Positions 36,647 through 45,424 of a DNA stretch of 64,000 bases are shown piece by piece. Positions within the stretch are counted from its first letter, which is position 1. Every line of letters begins with the position of its first letter. The position numbers were made by a program, and so were the translations under genes. The stretch comes from a virus (Duplodnaviria > Caudoviricetes), in IMG/VR virus record IMGVR_UViG_3300024331_000007, positions 1 through 64,000 of that record. One strand, 5' to 3'. The notes under the pieces are model-generated. The model saw only the letters and a list, made by a program, of their open reading frames with translations, made no database searches and had not been told where the DNA came from.

Positions 36647-36694
36647 TATTCCTGATCGACAGTCAGGCAACCACTCCATGCAGTTCCATTCCCC
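36615..36694 (-). tRNA. tRNA-Asp (GTC), divergent
   Basis: CT-GTC-GA, G73, ATCGTTA T-loop. Confidence 0.8.
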
Positions 36695-36708
36695 GTAATT
36701 CTAAAATT

Positions 36709-36783
36709 TGGCTCACCCCCTCAGAGTCGAACTGAGAACCAATGCCTTAACAGGGCACCGCTCTGCCATTGAGCTAGAGGTGA
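36709..36783 (-). tRNA. tRNA-Asn (GTT)
   Basis: CT-GTT-AA, G73. Confidence 0.9.
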
Positions 36784-37099
36784 ACATTTAAACCGTATTA
36801 CTAATCTCTATCATACTTTGTTTTCTTGTTGAATACAAAACCTTCTTTTGAAACATGCTCGTATTTACCATCAACTATCTTATACGATGCATCACTTTGA
36901 TCTTCATTCCAGTGTCTATTGCAAACTGGGCAATCAAACTCTATCCAATACGAATCGTCGTTGCGATCCCAATTTCCGCTATTGCCTTTGTACTCTCCAA
37001 CTAAACCTTCGTGTGGACAGTTGTCTTGGATGTGCGCTTCTAATTTTCTAAGTTCGGTAATACTCCATCTCAACTTTTGTAGTTCTTGTATTGTCATAT

Positions 37100-37519
37100 T
37101 TAATCTTTACAAGTAAATTCTAAGTAATCCTTTGCCCAACGAATATGCTTTTGTTGCTTACTTTTTGGTGCAATTAATCTTAATCGAGTTTCATATGTTG
37201 TTGCCTCGTTGACATCAACAAAATAAACTTGATTCAACTCTCTACAGTATACAGCAAATAATTCAATCTGTCCACGATAGTTTTGTTTTTTACCATTTGC
37301 TCTATGAACTGTTGAACTGCACGAATCAAAGCTAACAAATGATTGATCTTTTCCTAATCTACCCGTCTTACACTGAATACGAACAAATACACCATTATTG
37401 TCAACTACTAAATCATACCGGTTTTTATCTCCAAATGGAGTTAATACGGTTTTGCCTAGTTTTAGCAATTCAGCAACTACAACTGCTTGAGTTATATCGC
37501 CTATTTCCTTAGTATTCAT
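37100..37519 (-). CDS. PD-(D/E)XK homing endonuclease (I-Ssp6803I-like)
   Basis: GDITQAVV...PFGDKNRYDLVVD...RIQCKTGR...YRGQIELFAVYC. Confidence 0.8.
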   Translation of the reverse strand: MNTKEIGDITQAVVVAELLKLGKTVLTPFGDKNRYDLVVDNNGVFVRIQCKTGRLGKDQSFVSFDSCSSTVHRANGKKQNYRGQIELFAVYCRELNQVYFVDVNEATTYETRLRLIAPKSKQQKHIRWAKDYLEFTCKD

Positions 37520-37534
37520 TTCTTCCTTTAAAAT

Positions 37535-37609
37535 TGGCTGAACAGGTGGGAGTCGAACCCACATCGTCTTGATTAACAGTCAAGCGTAATGCCGTTATAC
37601 TACCGTTCA
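37535..37609 (-). tRNA. tRNA-Asn (GTT)
   Basis: CT-GTT-AA, G73. Confidence 0.9.
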
Positions 37610-37622
37610 ATAAAACTAAACT

Positions 37623-37698
37623 TGGTGGGCAGCATGGGATTCGAACCCACGTCGATTTGCTTAAGAGGCAAACATAATAGCCGCTATACGAACTGCCC
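37623..37698 (-). tRNA. tRNA-Lys (CTT)
   Basis: CT-CTT-AA. Confidence 0.9.
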
Positions 37699-37713
37699 AT
37701 TTGAAACTAAACT

Positions 37714-37789
37714 TGGTGCATTCGGAGGGATTTGAACCCCCATCAATTCGATTAAAAGTCGAGTATAATGTCCGTTATACGACGAATGC
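37714..37789 (-). tRNA. tRNA-Lys (TTT)
   Basis: CT-TTT-AA. Confidence 0.9.
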
Positions 37790-38185
37790 ATTTTTTAAAT
37801 ACTTACTTGCCGCAACAAATAGTTTAGGATCATCATTAAATAATCCAAGAACTCTATTACAGGTATTACAGATTGCTCCTCTAAACTTTAATGTTTTGTG
37901 GTCGTGATCTAAAACCAATTTCTTTACTTTTCGATTACAAATCTTACAGACGCCATTGGCATCCTTTTTAATCTTTTCTATCGTTTCGTTTTTTGTACCT
38001 AATTTCTCTCGCCAACGATAGATTTCACGTTTTTCCTTTGTGCCGCTATAAAAACTTTGGGAAACTCGACAACACCAAACTTTCTTGTTCGATTTTAGAA
38101 CAATTGGTATGTATCCACAATGTTCGCATATCGCCATTTTATTTTGAACATCGATGTTTGTTAGTTTATGTACCCGTTTACCCAT
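37775..38185 (-). CDS. endonuclease VII-type HNH homing endonuclease
   Basis: CKIC...LVLDHDHKT...RGAICNTCNRVLG; stop inside tRNA-Lys 5' end. Confidence 0.85.
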   Translation of the reverse strand: MGKRVHKLTNIDVQNKMAICEHCGYIPIVLKSNKKVWCCRVSQSFYSGTKEKREIYRWREKLGTKNETIEKIKKDANGVCKICNRKVKKLVLDHDHKTLKFRGAICNTCNRVLGLFNDDPKLFVAASKYLKNAFVV

Positions 38186-38509
38186 TTTCTTCCTAAAATG
38201 TAAAATCCTCGCCGTAGCGAGGATTTGGAAAATACACAAATCCTCGCTTACAGCTTATCTTCCTGATTATTCCACACGGATGCGGAATCAATCTTGTTGA
38301 TCTGTTGTTTATTAATCGAGATGTTGCTAATGTTCTTCATGACTGTATTTATCTTCTCACAATGCTTTCTTTTTGTCAAGCACAAAATTTATTTAATTTT
38401 TGCTGGACTGAACGCTGTCTGCATGATTATTTATACAGCTAAGCAGTCTCTTTGTCAAGCGTAAATGTATTTATCCTTGAAAAAAGTTTTTGGATCAGTT
38501 TTGGCAAAA

Positions 38510-39007
38510 TTATTTTTGGTCCTGTGCCGCCCTCTGATACGCCTTGTCAGCGATTCTCTGGAACAATGCCTTTGTTTTCTCGAAGATAGACTCAAATGCC
38601 CAACGAATTGGATCGTTCAGTAATGTCCATGCCGCATTCCACGGCCAAAAAACCATCCACCCAATGATTCGATCTGAATGTTCGTCAACCATTACGGTAG
38701 ACGGCTTCTTCGAGTATGCAAAATCTTTCTTTGCCTTTTTCTTGATAAAGACGGACCACTTGCCGATTGAATATACTACGCCAGCCAACAGATATAAAAA
38801 TAGAGAGAAAATAAATTCTTTGGGATTGTGGCGAAGCCATGTGAAGATCGGAACGTTTCCGAAAAATTGAAGAATCAATGCGGTTGCAATTGCCACTCCT
38901 GTTGCCCAACCGGGCGATGCTTCTTCAGAGAGGCAAACAAGTATGGTGAATGAAACGACTATCAACGCCCAAAACCAAAACGTACCTACGATGAATAATT
39001 CGAACAT
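38510..39007 (-). CDS. membrane protein
   Basis: Several TM segments; WMVFWPW motif. Confidence 0.65.
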   Translation of the reverse strand: MFELFIVGTFWFWALIVVSFTILVCLSEEASPGWATGVAIATALILQFFGNVPIFTWLRHNPKEFIFSLFLYLLAGVVYSIGKWSVFIKKKAKKDFAYSKKPSTVMVDEHSDRIIGWMVFWPWNAAWTLLNDPIRWAFESIFEKTKALFQRIADKAYQRAAQDQK

Positions 39008-39032
39008 GTCTTTTCCTTTTCTGTGTTATTTT

Positions 39033-39129
39033 TGTTTTCGATTACTTCCACTAGTTTCTTTGTGTTTTCGATTACTTCCACTAGTTTCTTTGTGTTTTCG
39101 ATTACTTCCACTAGTTTCTTTGTGTTTTC
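39033..39129. repeat. 30-nt tandem repeat x3 (encodes ENTKKLVEVI)
   Basis: TGTTTTCGATTACTTCCACTAGTTTCTTTG repeated exactly within ORF 38986-39267. Confidence 0.95.
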
Positions 39130-39179
39130 ATCGAGACGCCAACCGATGATAATTGCAGCGATAATTATTGAAACTGGTA

Positions 39180-39596
39180 TCATAACCACCCCAACTTTCT
39201 GAATTTTTCGATACACGGCTTCCATATTTTTGGCTGTAAATTCTTCAATTCTGAAATTGGATACCACTTCCAGTTTCCAATTTTGTGCGGTTCATTTTCT
39301 TTTGGTTCGCCGCTGACATATTGCCCCACATAATAGACAGTGAGATAATGCTTGTCTTCGTCTGGGTGCAAATCTTCTGTGAATCCAATCAACTCAACTT
39401 TGCCAACTTTTAAGCCGCACTCTTCCAACGCCTCTCTACGTGCGCATTCTTCGGTGGTTTCGTACAGTTCAAGTTTTCCACCGGGTAAACTTAATTTGCC
39501 ATTCCCAAAATCTGATTCGCGGATTCCAAGCAAAATGGAATCATCTTTCTGAATGATCAATCCTACTCCGATTTGTGGTCGTTTGATTTTTGACAT
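39180..39596 (-). CDS. Nudix hydrolase
   Basis: GGKLELYETTEECARREALEECG Nudix box. Confidence 0.92.
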   Translation of the reverse strand: MSKIKRPQIGVGLIIQKDDSILLGIRESDFGNGKLSLPGGKLELYETTEECARREALEECGLKVGKVELIGFTEDLHPDEDKHYLTVYYVGQYVSGEPKENEPHKIGNWKWYPISELKNLQPKIWKPCIEKFRKLGWL

Positions 39597-39611
39597 GATT
39601 GACTTTGTTTT

Positions 39612-39699
39612 GGGATAATCTGGAGAGGGACTCGAACCCTATGATTATTTGGGTAGTTAAAAGCTACCTTGGCTCCCCGCCAGCGCAACAGATTATCCC
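39612..39699 (-). ncRNA. tRNA-like RNA, TTT anticodon, 11-bp acceptor helix, no CCA
   Basis: GGGATAATCTG/CAGATTATCCC; GGTAG-CT TTT AA-CTACC; TTCGAGT. Confidence 0.65.
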
Positions 39700-41204
39700 A
39701 AACTTGTTAAATTTACTTTGATAACTTACCTATGATTCTATCAGCAATAATAACAATTACCAATCCGAAAAGAGCCGTCGCGCCAAAAAGATTTGGACTA
39801 TGAGATGCCACGCCTACGGCAATCGCCGTTAGGAACATACAAAATAGGCACAATAAAAAATCTCGAATGTCCATGTTAGTATCCGCTTGGAATTGTGATT
39901 GGAAGGCCGAGGGTACGAATAACCTTTGCCATTCCACGAGCGCGTTCTCGGGCCATGTTAGCTCCGCTGGAATTGCCATCGAAAGAATTTTTGACAGTAT
40001 CGACCAAACGAGAGAACTCGGCTTGAACTTCAGTCACGGATTCAAGAGTTACTTTGACTGGCTGTGTTGCAATTGGATTTTTAGGCATGATTTCCCTTTC
40101 TGTTATACGTCAAGTTTTTGGGTATGCTTGTGTACAAACTCAAAATTACAGACTGTGCAGCGACCCTTGTAAAAACTGTAATATTCGCCGTTCTCAACGC
40201 CTTGACTGTAATCTTCGCGGAATGTTTGTGGTTCAGATTCGTCTACTTTTTTCGCCTCTGCAAGTTTTTCGATAAGAACATTGTATGCCTTAATCGAAAC
40301 TTTTCCATAGGCTTCATTTAACGCCGTTCTCGCGGCCTCGACTTTGTTTGTGTATGTCTGAGTACATTTTGGGCAAACTGTCCAATTATCGGCCCTCATC
40401 GATTCCCTTTCTGATTATTTCGGCGGATAAATGTGAGGATGTTTCAGGATCGATTCAGCAGCATGAATCCATGCGGCTTCTGGTGTTTTGTCAGGCCATG
40501 CAAACCGAAGTCCTTTGGCCGCAAAAATTTCGTAGTTAAAAATACGAACAGGAACAGGACTCGGCGTTGAATACTCATCAAAAAATTGCTTCACAACTTT
40601 TGCTTTTGGAAAATGATTGCGAACAATTTTGATTGCTTCAATCTTTGTCATCGATTCCCTTTCAAAGTTTCAGCAATGAGTTGGATTGATTACCAACTTG
40701 ACTTGTACTGCAACGAATCCCGATAGCATAGCCCCTGATTGTTAGGGAAAATTTTTTAGGACCTTTTCGAACGATCCTACTATGTATCTAACCAGCCCAT
40801 CGTTGCCCCATAGATTGTATGCAAGCGGTATATATGCCAGCTTTGTTGGCTCCGCTGATATTTGCTAGATGCCCATTGTCGCCAATGGCAATATCAATAC
40901 AATTTCAGTCGTCCTATGAAACGGCAGTCCAACACTGCCAGTCATTGCGATACAAACCAAGTATACTAAATATCCACTCGGATGTCAAATAAATACGGAC
41001 AATTTAGTAAAGGCTTTAGAATCACTGTCATATGGACACTTTGAATCCCATTTTCATTTATCTGAATGTAGTCCACCGTCTCAGGATCGATATTTGATTG
41101 CTTGAGATAATCTGTTACGGCTTTCGCCATCTCCTGCTCATTACGCATGTTCATTGGCGAATGATAGCAACTTTCGCTGGAAAAGTCAATTGTCATAAAT
41201 ATCA

Positions 41205-41888
41205 GTGAGGATTGCTATGCTTCTACACGAAATCGAAACAATCGACTTCATTTCAAAATCCAACCAAACCTTCAATACCCTCAAAAAAGATTGGGCGGAA
41301 TTGATAAAGAAGTTTCGTCCCTACCTTCTTGGTACTATTAGTGGAAAGTTTAGAATAGGTGCGGTGGATGGGTCATTGAAGGGGACCTCCTCGAATAAAC
41401 TTGTTGCTGTTTATGATCGACAGGCCAATAAATATGCAGCTTTTTTGCAGCTTGAGAAGTTTTCAGCCAGTGCATATGCTGAATCAGTTGTAGCAGCCGA
41501 CCCTGCCTATCGCGGAATCAATCTTCCTGTACAGTTGTATACATTTCTTGTTCAAGAAGAGGGAATGATTATCGTATCCGATGAAGTACAGACGTTGGGT
41601 GCTCGTTCGATATGGGAAAAGTTGGCCAAGACACCCGGTATTGGCGTGTACGGATATAATGACAAAACTGGAAAAGTTTTCCAAGTAGACATGGACGATC
41701 TATTCAATGAAGATGTGTATGACGAGGGTTTGAATCAGGAAATCGAACATCTTGAGAATGAAGAATACGAATTGCAAGACACAAGAGACGAACGATATTT
41801 TCAGATAAAGAAAGAACTTGAAAAGTTATACGATGCTCGTACCGAAACCAATCATCATATTCGCCTGTTCGCCGCGAGGGCAAAGTAA
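41205..41888 (+). CDS. late GNAT-fold-like protein A
   Basis: AADPAYRGINL..QLY...SDEVQTLGARSIWEKL; CATAAATA upstream. Confidence 0.55.
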   Translation: MRIAMLLHEIETIDFISKSNQTFNTLKKDWAELIKKFRPYLLGTISGKFRIGAVDGSLKGTSSNKLVAVYDRQANKYAAFLQLEKFSASAYAESVVAADPAYRGINLPVQLYTFLVQEEGMIIVSDEVQTLGARSIWEKLAKTPGIGVYGYNDKTGKVFQVDMDDLFNEDVYDEGLNQEIEHLENEEYELQDTRDERYFQIKKELEKLYDARTETNHHIRLFAARAK

Positions 41889-42613
41889 TGTTGCTTACTG
41901 AGATTGGTCATGCGGGTCATGTAAGAAAAAACGGCGGAATGTTTGCCGAAATTATGCATGATTACATCTCTTTTAGCAACCGCCACAATAAAAAATATAA
42001 TGTGGAAGGAAAAATCGGTCGATTTGAAATTCGTAGCCTGCGAGTGAAACCATTTTCTTCTACTTATCTTTACTATACCTTATTTGACACTAAAAGAAAT
42101 TGTTATGCCGCCGCCGTTACACTGGATCAATTTGGTAGAAATGCTCGAAGTTGGCAGGTTGCTTCGTTGGGTGTCGAGACTGAATATCAGGGGATGAATT
42201 TATCAGTTATGATGTATTCGTGGATGATAACGAAAAATAATTTAATTTTAATAACTGGCATGGAACAATCTGCTGGAGGTAAATTGGTTTGGGAGAGGCT
42301 TGCACAAGTACCCGGAATTTTTATATTTGGTTACGATGTGGAGGATAAAAAGTCATTTCAAGTTGACCAAAATGATTTATTTAATGAAGATGTGTATGCT
42401 GACGAACTAATTAATGAAAGAGATTATTTAGAAAAAGAGTATAACCGAATAGAAAATCAGTTGGATAATTTAGACCCTGATGTTGTTCCAGAATCTAAAA
42501 TAAAAGCTCTGGAAAAAACAATGAACGATTTGTCCGCGCAGATAAACTCACTGGATACTGATATCACAAAAGTAGAAGATTATATTCGTCTTGTCGCAAT
42601 AAAAAAGCATTGA
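41888..42613 (+). CDS. late GNAT-fold-like protein B (paralog)
   Basis: GVETEYQGMNL..MMY...QSAGGKLVWERL; shared FQVD.DLFNEDVY. Confidence 0.55.
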   Translation: MLLTEIGHAGHVRKNGGMFAEIMHDYISFSNRHNKKYNVEGKIGRFEIRSLRVKPFSSTYLYYTLFDTKRNCYAAAVTLDQFGRNARSWQVASLGVETEYQGMNLSVMMYSWMITKNNLILITGMEQSAGGKLVWERLAQVPGIFIFGYDVEDKKSFQVDQNDLFNEDVYADELINERDYLEKEYNRIENQLDNLDPDVVPESKIKALEKTMNDLSAQINSLDTDITKVEDYIRLVAIKKH

Positions 42614-42877
42614 CATCCTTTGTTTTCACTGCTATACTTGGCTCACATATCAAATTTGGGCGTGTTTTATGCTGCTTACGCAAGGTCGCTGGTCACAAAT
42701 TCTCAGTCTGGAGCCAATTGGCTTCCGCAAAGTAAAGTTTGGGTGGTACAGCGTGGCGTTAAAAGACGACCTTGCAATTTACACACTCATTTCACCAAAA
42801 TTTGAAACCAAATGGGACGCAAGACGTTGGTTCAAAGAAAACCGAAAAATTCAAACTAAATAACAATACAGATTTAT

Positions 42878-42953
42878 GGCGGATATAGTTCAATGGCAGA
42901 ACGCTTGCCTGTGGCGCAAGTTGTTGAGGGTTCGAGTCCCTCTATCCGCCCCA
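42878..42953 (+). tRNA. tRNA-His (GTG)
   Basis: G-1:C73, CT-GTG-GC. Confidence 0.9.
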
Positions 42954-43618
42954 ATTCAGGAGACACAATGGGAATTAAGCAATACCGAATTACATCGCAA
43001 TGTATGGACGTTCTCCCACAAGAGAACGATTGCGTATTGCCTGACGACGATCCCATTCACGAAATTCGTGCCGCTCAATTCATGGGCGGAATCGGTAGTG
43101 GACAGAACGAAGATAGAGGTTTTATCAGAAAAATGTTCACAATCGGTGACGAAGAACAGGAGAGACATGGCAATGCTTAGCGTCAATTAACACGCCGCAT
43201 AGAGAGGGCGGCAATGCCATGTCTCATCCAAAAAACCGTGCCGAAAGAAGGAATCAACGCGAACGAGTCATCGCGGCTCGTCGCTTCGTGTATCTTCATA
43301 TCTGGTATCAGTGGCAAGATAAATACCAGTTCATGCGAGAAGTCTCTAATCCACTTATAAACATTGAGTATGTGTACGAAAAGTACAGGCTGACAAAAAT
43401 TCCGTTCAGTGGCGTTCAGGAATACCCAGATTGGGGGAAGTACGCTAAATGGAATCTTGCATGTACCTGTCGTCATTGTCGTAGGCAAAAGAAGTGGAGT
43501 AGACAGACAGCTAAAAATAGACACAAACTTAAAACTACCGATGCCGATTGGGAATTGCAATACTCAGATGATTAAATGTTGTGTTTCTCTGGAACCGTAG
43601 AAATAAAAACCAAAGCAA

Positions 43619-43735
43619 CTGCCGTAACGGTTCTCACGTTGATGAACAACTCCTGTGGAGACTACTTAAATGCGAGTTTGAAACAGGAGAATTGGATCAA
43701 CTAGTTAGGTATTGATTAAGACAATATCGGCGGCA
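43619..43735 (+). ncRNA. putative rod-shaped sRNA with central bubble
   Basis: CTGCCG/CGGCGG, GTTGAT/ATCAAC, CTCCTGT/ACAGGAG; terminator follows. Confidence 0.45.
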
Positions 43736-43746
43736 AACAATAATAG

Positions 43747-43776
43747 AAGGCTCAGCGTTCGCGCTGAGTCTTTTTT
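43747..43776 (+). terminator. intrinsic terminator
   Basis: GGCTCAGCG-TTCG-CGCTGAGTC + T tract. Confidence 0.85.
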
Positions 43777-43819
43777 ATTGCTCTTTGGTCAGAACACACC
43801 GAAAAACCTAAATACAGGC

Positions 43820-44509
43820 ATGAAAGACCTTCGTCTGTACCATAAAACCCTCATCGCACAGCATATAACGATCATTGCAGCTGTTATTTTCTTCTGTGTT
43901 GGTGCGTTTTTCGTAGGGAAGCAGCTTATTGCAACCCTTCAAACAGTTAATACCGCTGGAAATGATGTGCATGAGACATTCACGCTTGTAAACAGACCTC
44001 GAACAGGAACTCTTGCGGGGATCAACGAAGCGATTTTTGGTGCCAGTGCCTTAATGAAACACTCCAATGGCATTTTGGATCACGAAGAGAAGCAATTAAG
44101 CACTCTGGATAAGCAGGAAGCAGTTCTTTTTGAAGATTTACACAAGATTGCTGTTAACGCGAACGGAGGAATAACCAACCTCAATACAGCAACCACAACA
44201 TTGAACACGCTTTTGGGAAATATTAATAAAGCAGCACTGGAAGCTCCTCAACTTGTCGATAATATTTCAGAGTTGGCAGATAATCTATCCAAAACAACCG
44301 TGGATGCTGATAATACCCTGAATAGCAAAGACGTGAAAACGTTATTGGGATCGTTGGCTGGAACTTCAGTACAGGTTGAAGTAATTACCTCGAACGCGGC
44401 AAAAGTCACTACGCATCTTGAAAAAACGATAGATGCGCCACCAAGTATAAAGCAAAAGATCGAAGGAGCATTTGATCTACTTTGGAAGATTGGAATGTTA
44501 GTTCGTTGA
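43820..44509 (+). CDS. membrane-anchored coiled-coil protein (lysis-cassette context)
   Basis: Single N-terminal TM then heptads. Confidence 0.5.
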   Translation: MKDLRLYHKTLIAQHITIIAAVIFFCVGAFFVGKQLIATLQTVNTAGNDVHETFTLVNRPRTGTLAGINEAIFGASALMKHSNGILDHEEKQLSTLDKQEAVLFEDLHKIAVNANGGITNLNTATTTLNTLLGNINKAALEAPQLVDNISELADNLSKTTVDADNTLNSKDVKTLLGSLAGTSVQVEVITSNAAKVTTHLEKTIDAPPSIKQKIEGAFDLLWKIGMLVR

Positions 44510-44534
44510 AATTTTGTATAAACACGGAGAAAAT

Positions 44535-45299
44535 ATGAGCACACCAGCAGCAACAATTCAGCCAGTATGTTTAGGACGAAAAGCAGTTATAACCGACTCT
44601 CGAACTCTCAAAATGGGAGCTTATATTGGCCCTGATCTACCTCCACCTCCTGCATCTGTAGATTGGTCAAATGGTCAATCTTCTGGCTGGGGGATGATGC
44701 TAAACAATAAGTTGGGATGCTGTACTATATGCGGTTGTGCTCATGCCATTCAACTTTGGAGTAAAAGTTTGGGAACAGAAATTACAGTTCCAGATAGCTC
44801 AGTGTTAGCAATGTATGAACTGTGGGATGGATACAATCCTTCCGATCCAAACACTGATCAAGGCGGAATTGAACTTAATGTACTCAATCAGTGGAAAAAA
44901 TCTGGCTTTGCTGGACATAATTTGTTAGCATTCGGTACTGTAAATTATCACAATGTACTTCAGGTGCAGCAATGTATTAATTTATTTGGCGGTTTGTACA
45001 TTGGGCTGGGATTGCCTATCTCGGCTCAACGACAGGATGTGTGGGATGTTGTTTCTGATCCTGTTTCGTCTGAACCTAATAGTTGGGGCGGTCATTGTGT
45101 TTATGTATGTGGCTACGATAAGTATGGAATCAGTTGCATTACGTGGGGTGCTGTTAAAAAGATGTCAGTTGCATTCTTTCTGAAGTATTGTGATGAAGCC
45201 TACGCCCTTATTGGTCAGGATTTCTTCAATGCTCAGGGGAAAAATGTTGCGGGTTTTGATTCTGCGTTACTTTTGGACGATCTATCGCAGATTCGTTAA
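44535..45299 (+). CDS. papain-like cysteine peptidase
   Basis: LGCCTICGCAH, GGHCVYVCGYD, ITWG. Confidence 0.7.
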   Translation: MSTPAATIQPVCLGRKAVITDSRTLKMGAYIGPDLPPPPASVDWSNGQSSGWGMMLNNKLGCCTICGCAHAIQLWSKSLGTEITVPDSSVLAMYELWDGYNPSDPNTDQGGIELNVLNQWKKSGFAGHNLLAFGTVNYHNVLQVQQCINLFGGLYIGLGLPISAQRQDVWDVVSDPVSSEPNSWGGHCVYVCGYDKYGISCITWGAVKKMSVAFFLKYCDEAYALIGQDFFNAQGKNVAGFDSALLLDDLSQIR

Positions 45300-45313
45300 G
45301 GAGTTTGGTAAAT

Positions 45314-45373
45314 GGGCGCGTCGTCTAATGGATAAGGCACTCCTCTTCCGAAGGAGTAGATAGCAGTTCGACT
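45314..45373 (+). pseudogene. tRNA 5' fragment (TCC anticodon) truncated at T-loop
   Basis: GGGCGCG...CTCCT-CT TCC GA-AGGAG...AGCAG-TTCGACT, then unrelated sequence. Confidence 0.75.
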
Positions 45374-45424
45374 TTATAGGTCAAACAACAGCTATTTTTC
45401 GCTAAATATAGGCAGAAAGGATAC

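Noticed and set aside
7745-37907. Many short ORF-track entries overlapping tRNAs or opposite real genes (e.g. 11967-12302, 15493-16699, 24531 and 24867 extensions, 28255, 34989-35870 plus strand)
   Set aside because: They coincide with tRNA/ncRNA genes or lie antisense to better-supported ORFs; N-terminal extensions through tRNAs were trimmed.
39033-39129. 30-nt repeats as a CRISPR array
   Set aside because: Repeats are contiguous with no spacers, in frame within an ORF, and no cas genes are present.
7600-40000. tmRNA
   Set aside because: No GGGG..GGxTTCGAC 5' end paired with a ...TCCACCA 3' end enclosing a tag ORF was found; the large RNA at 28 kb lacks these ends.
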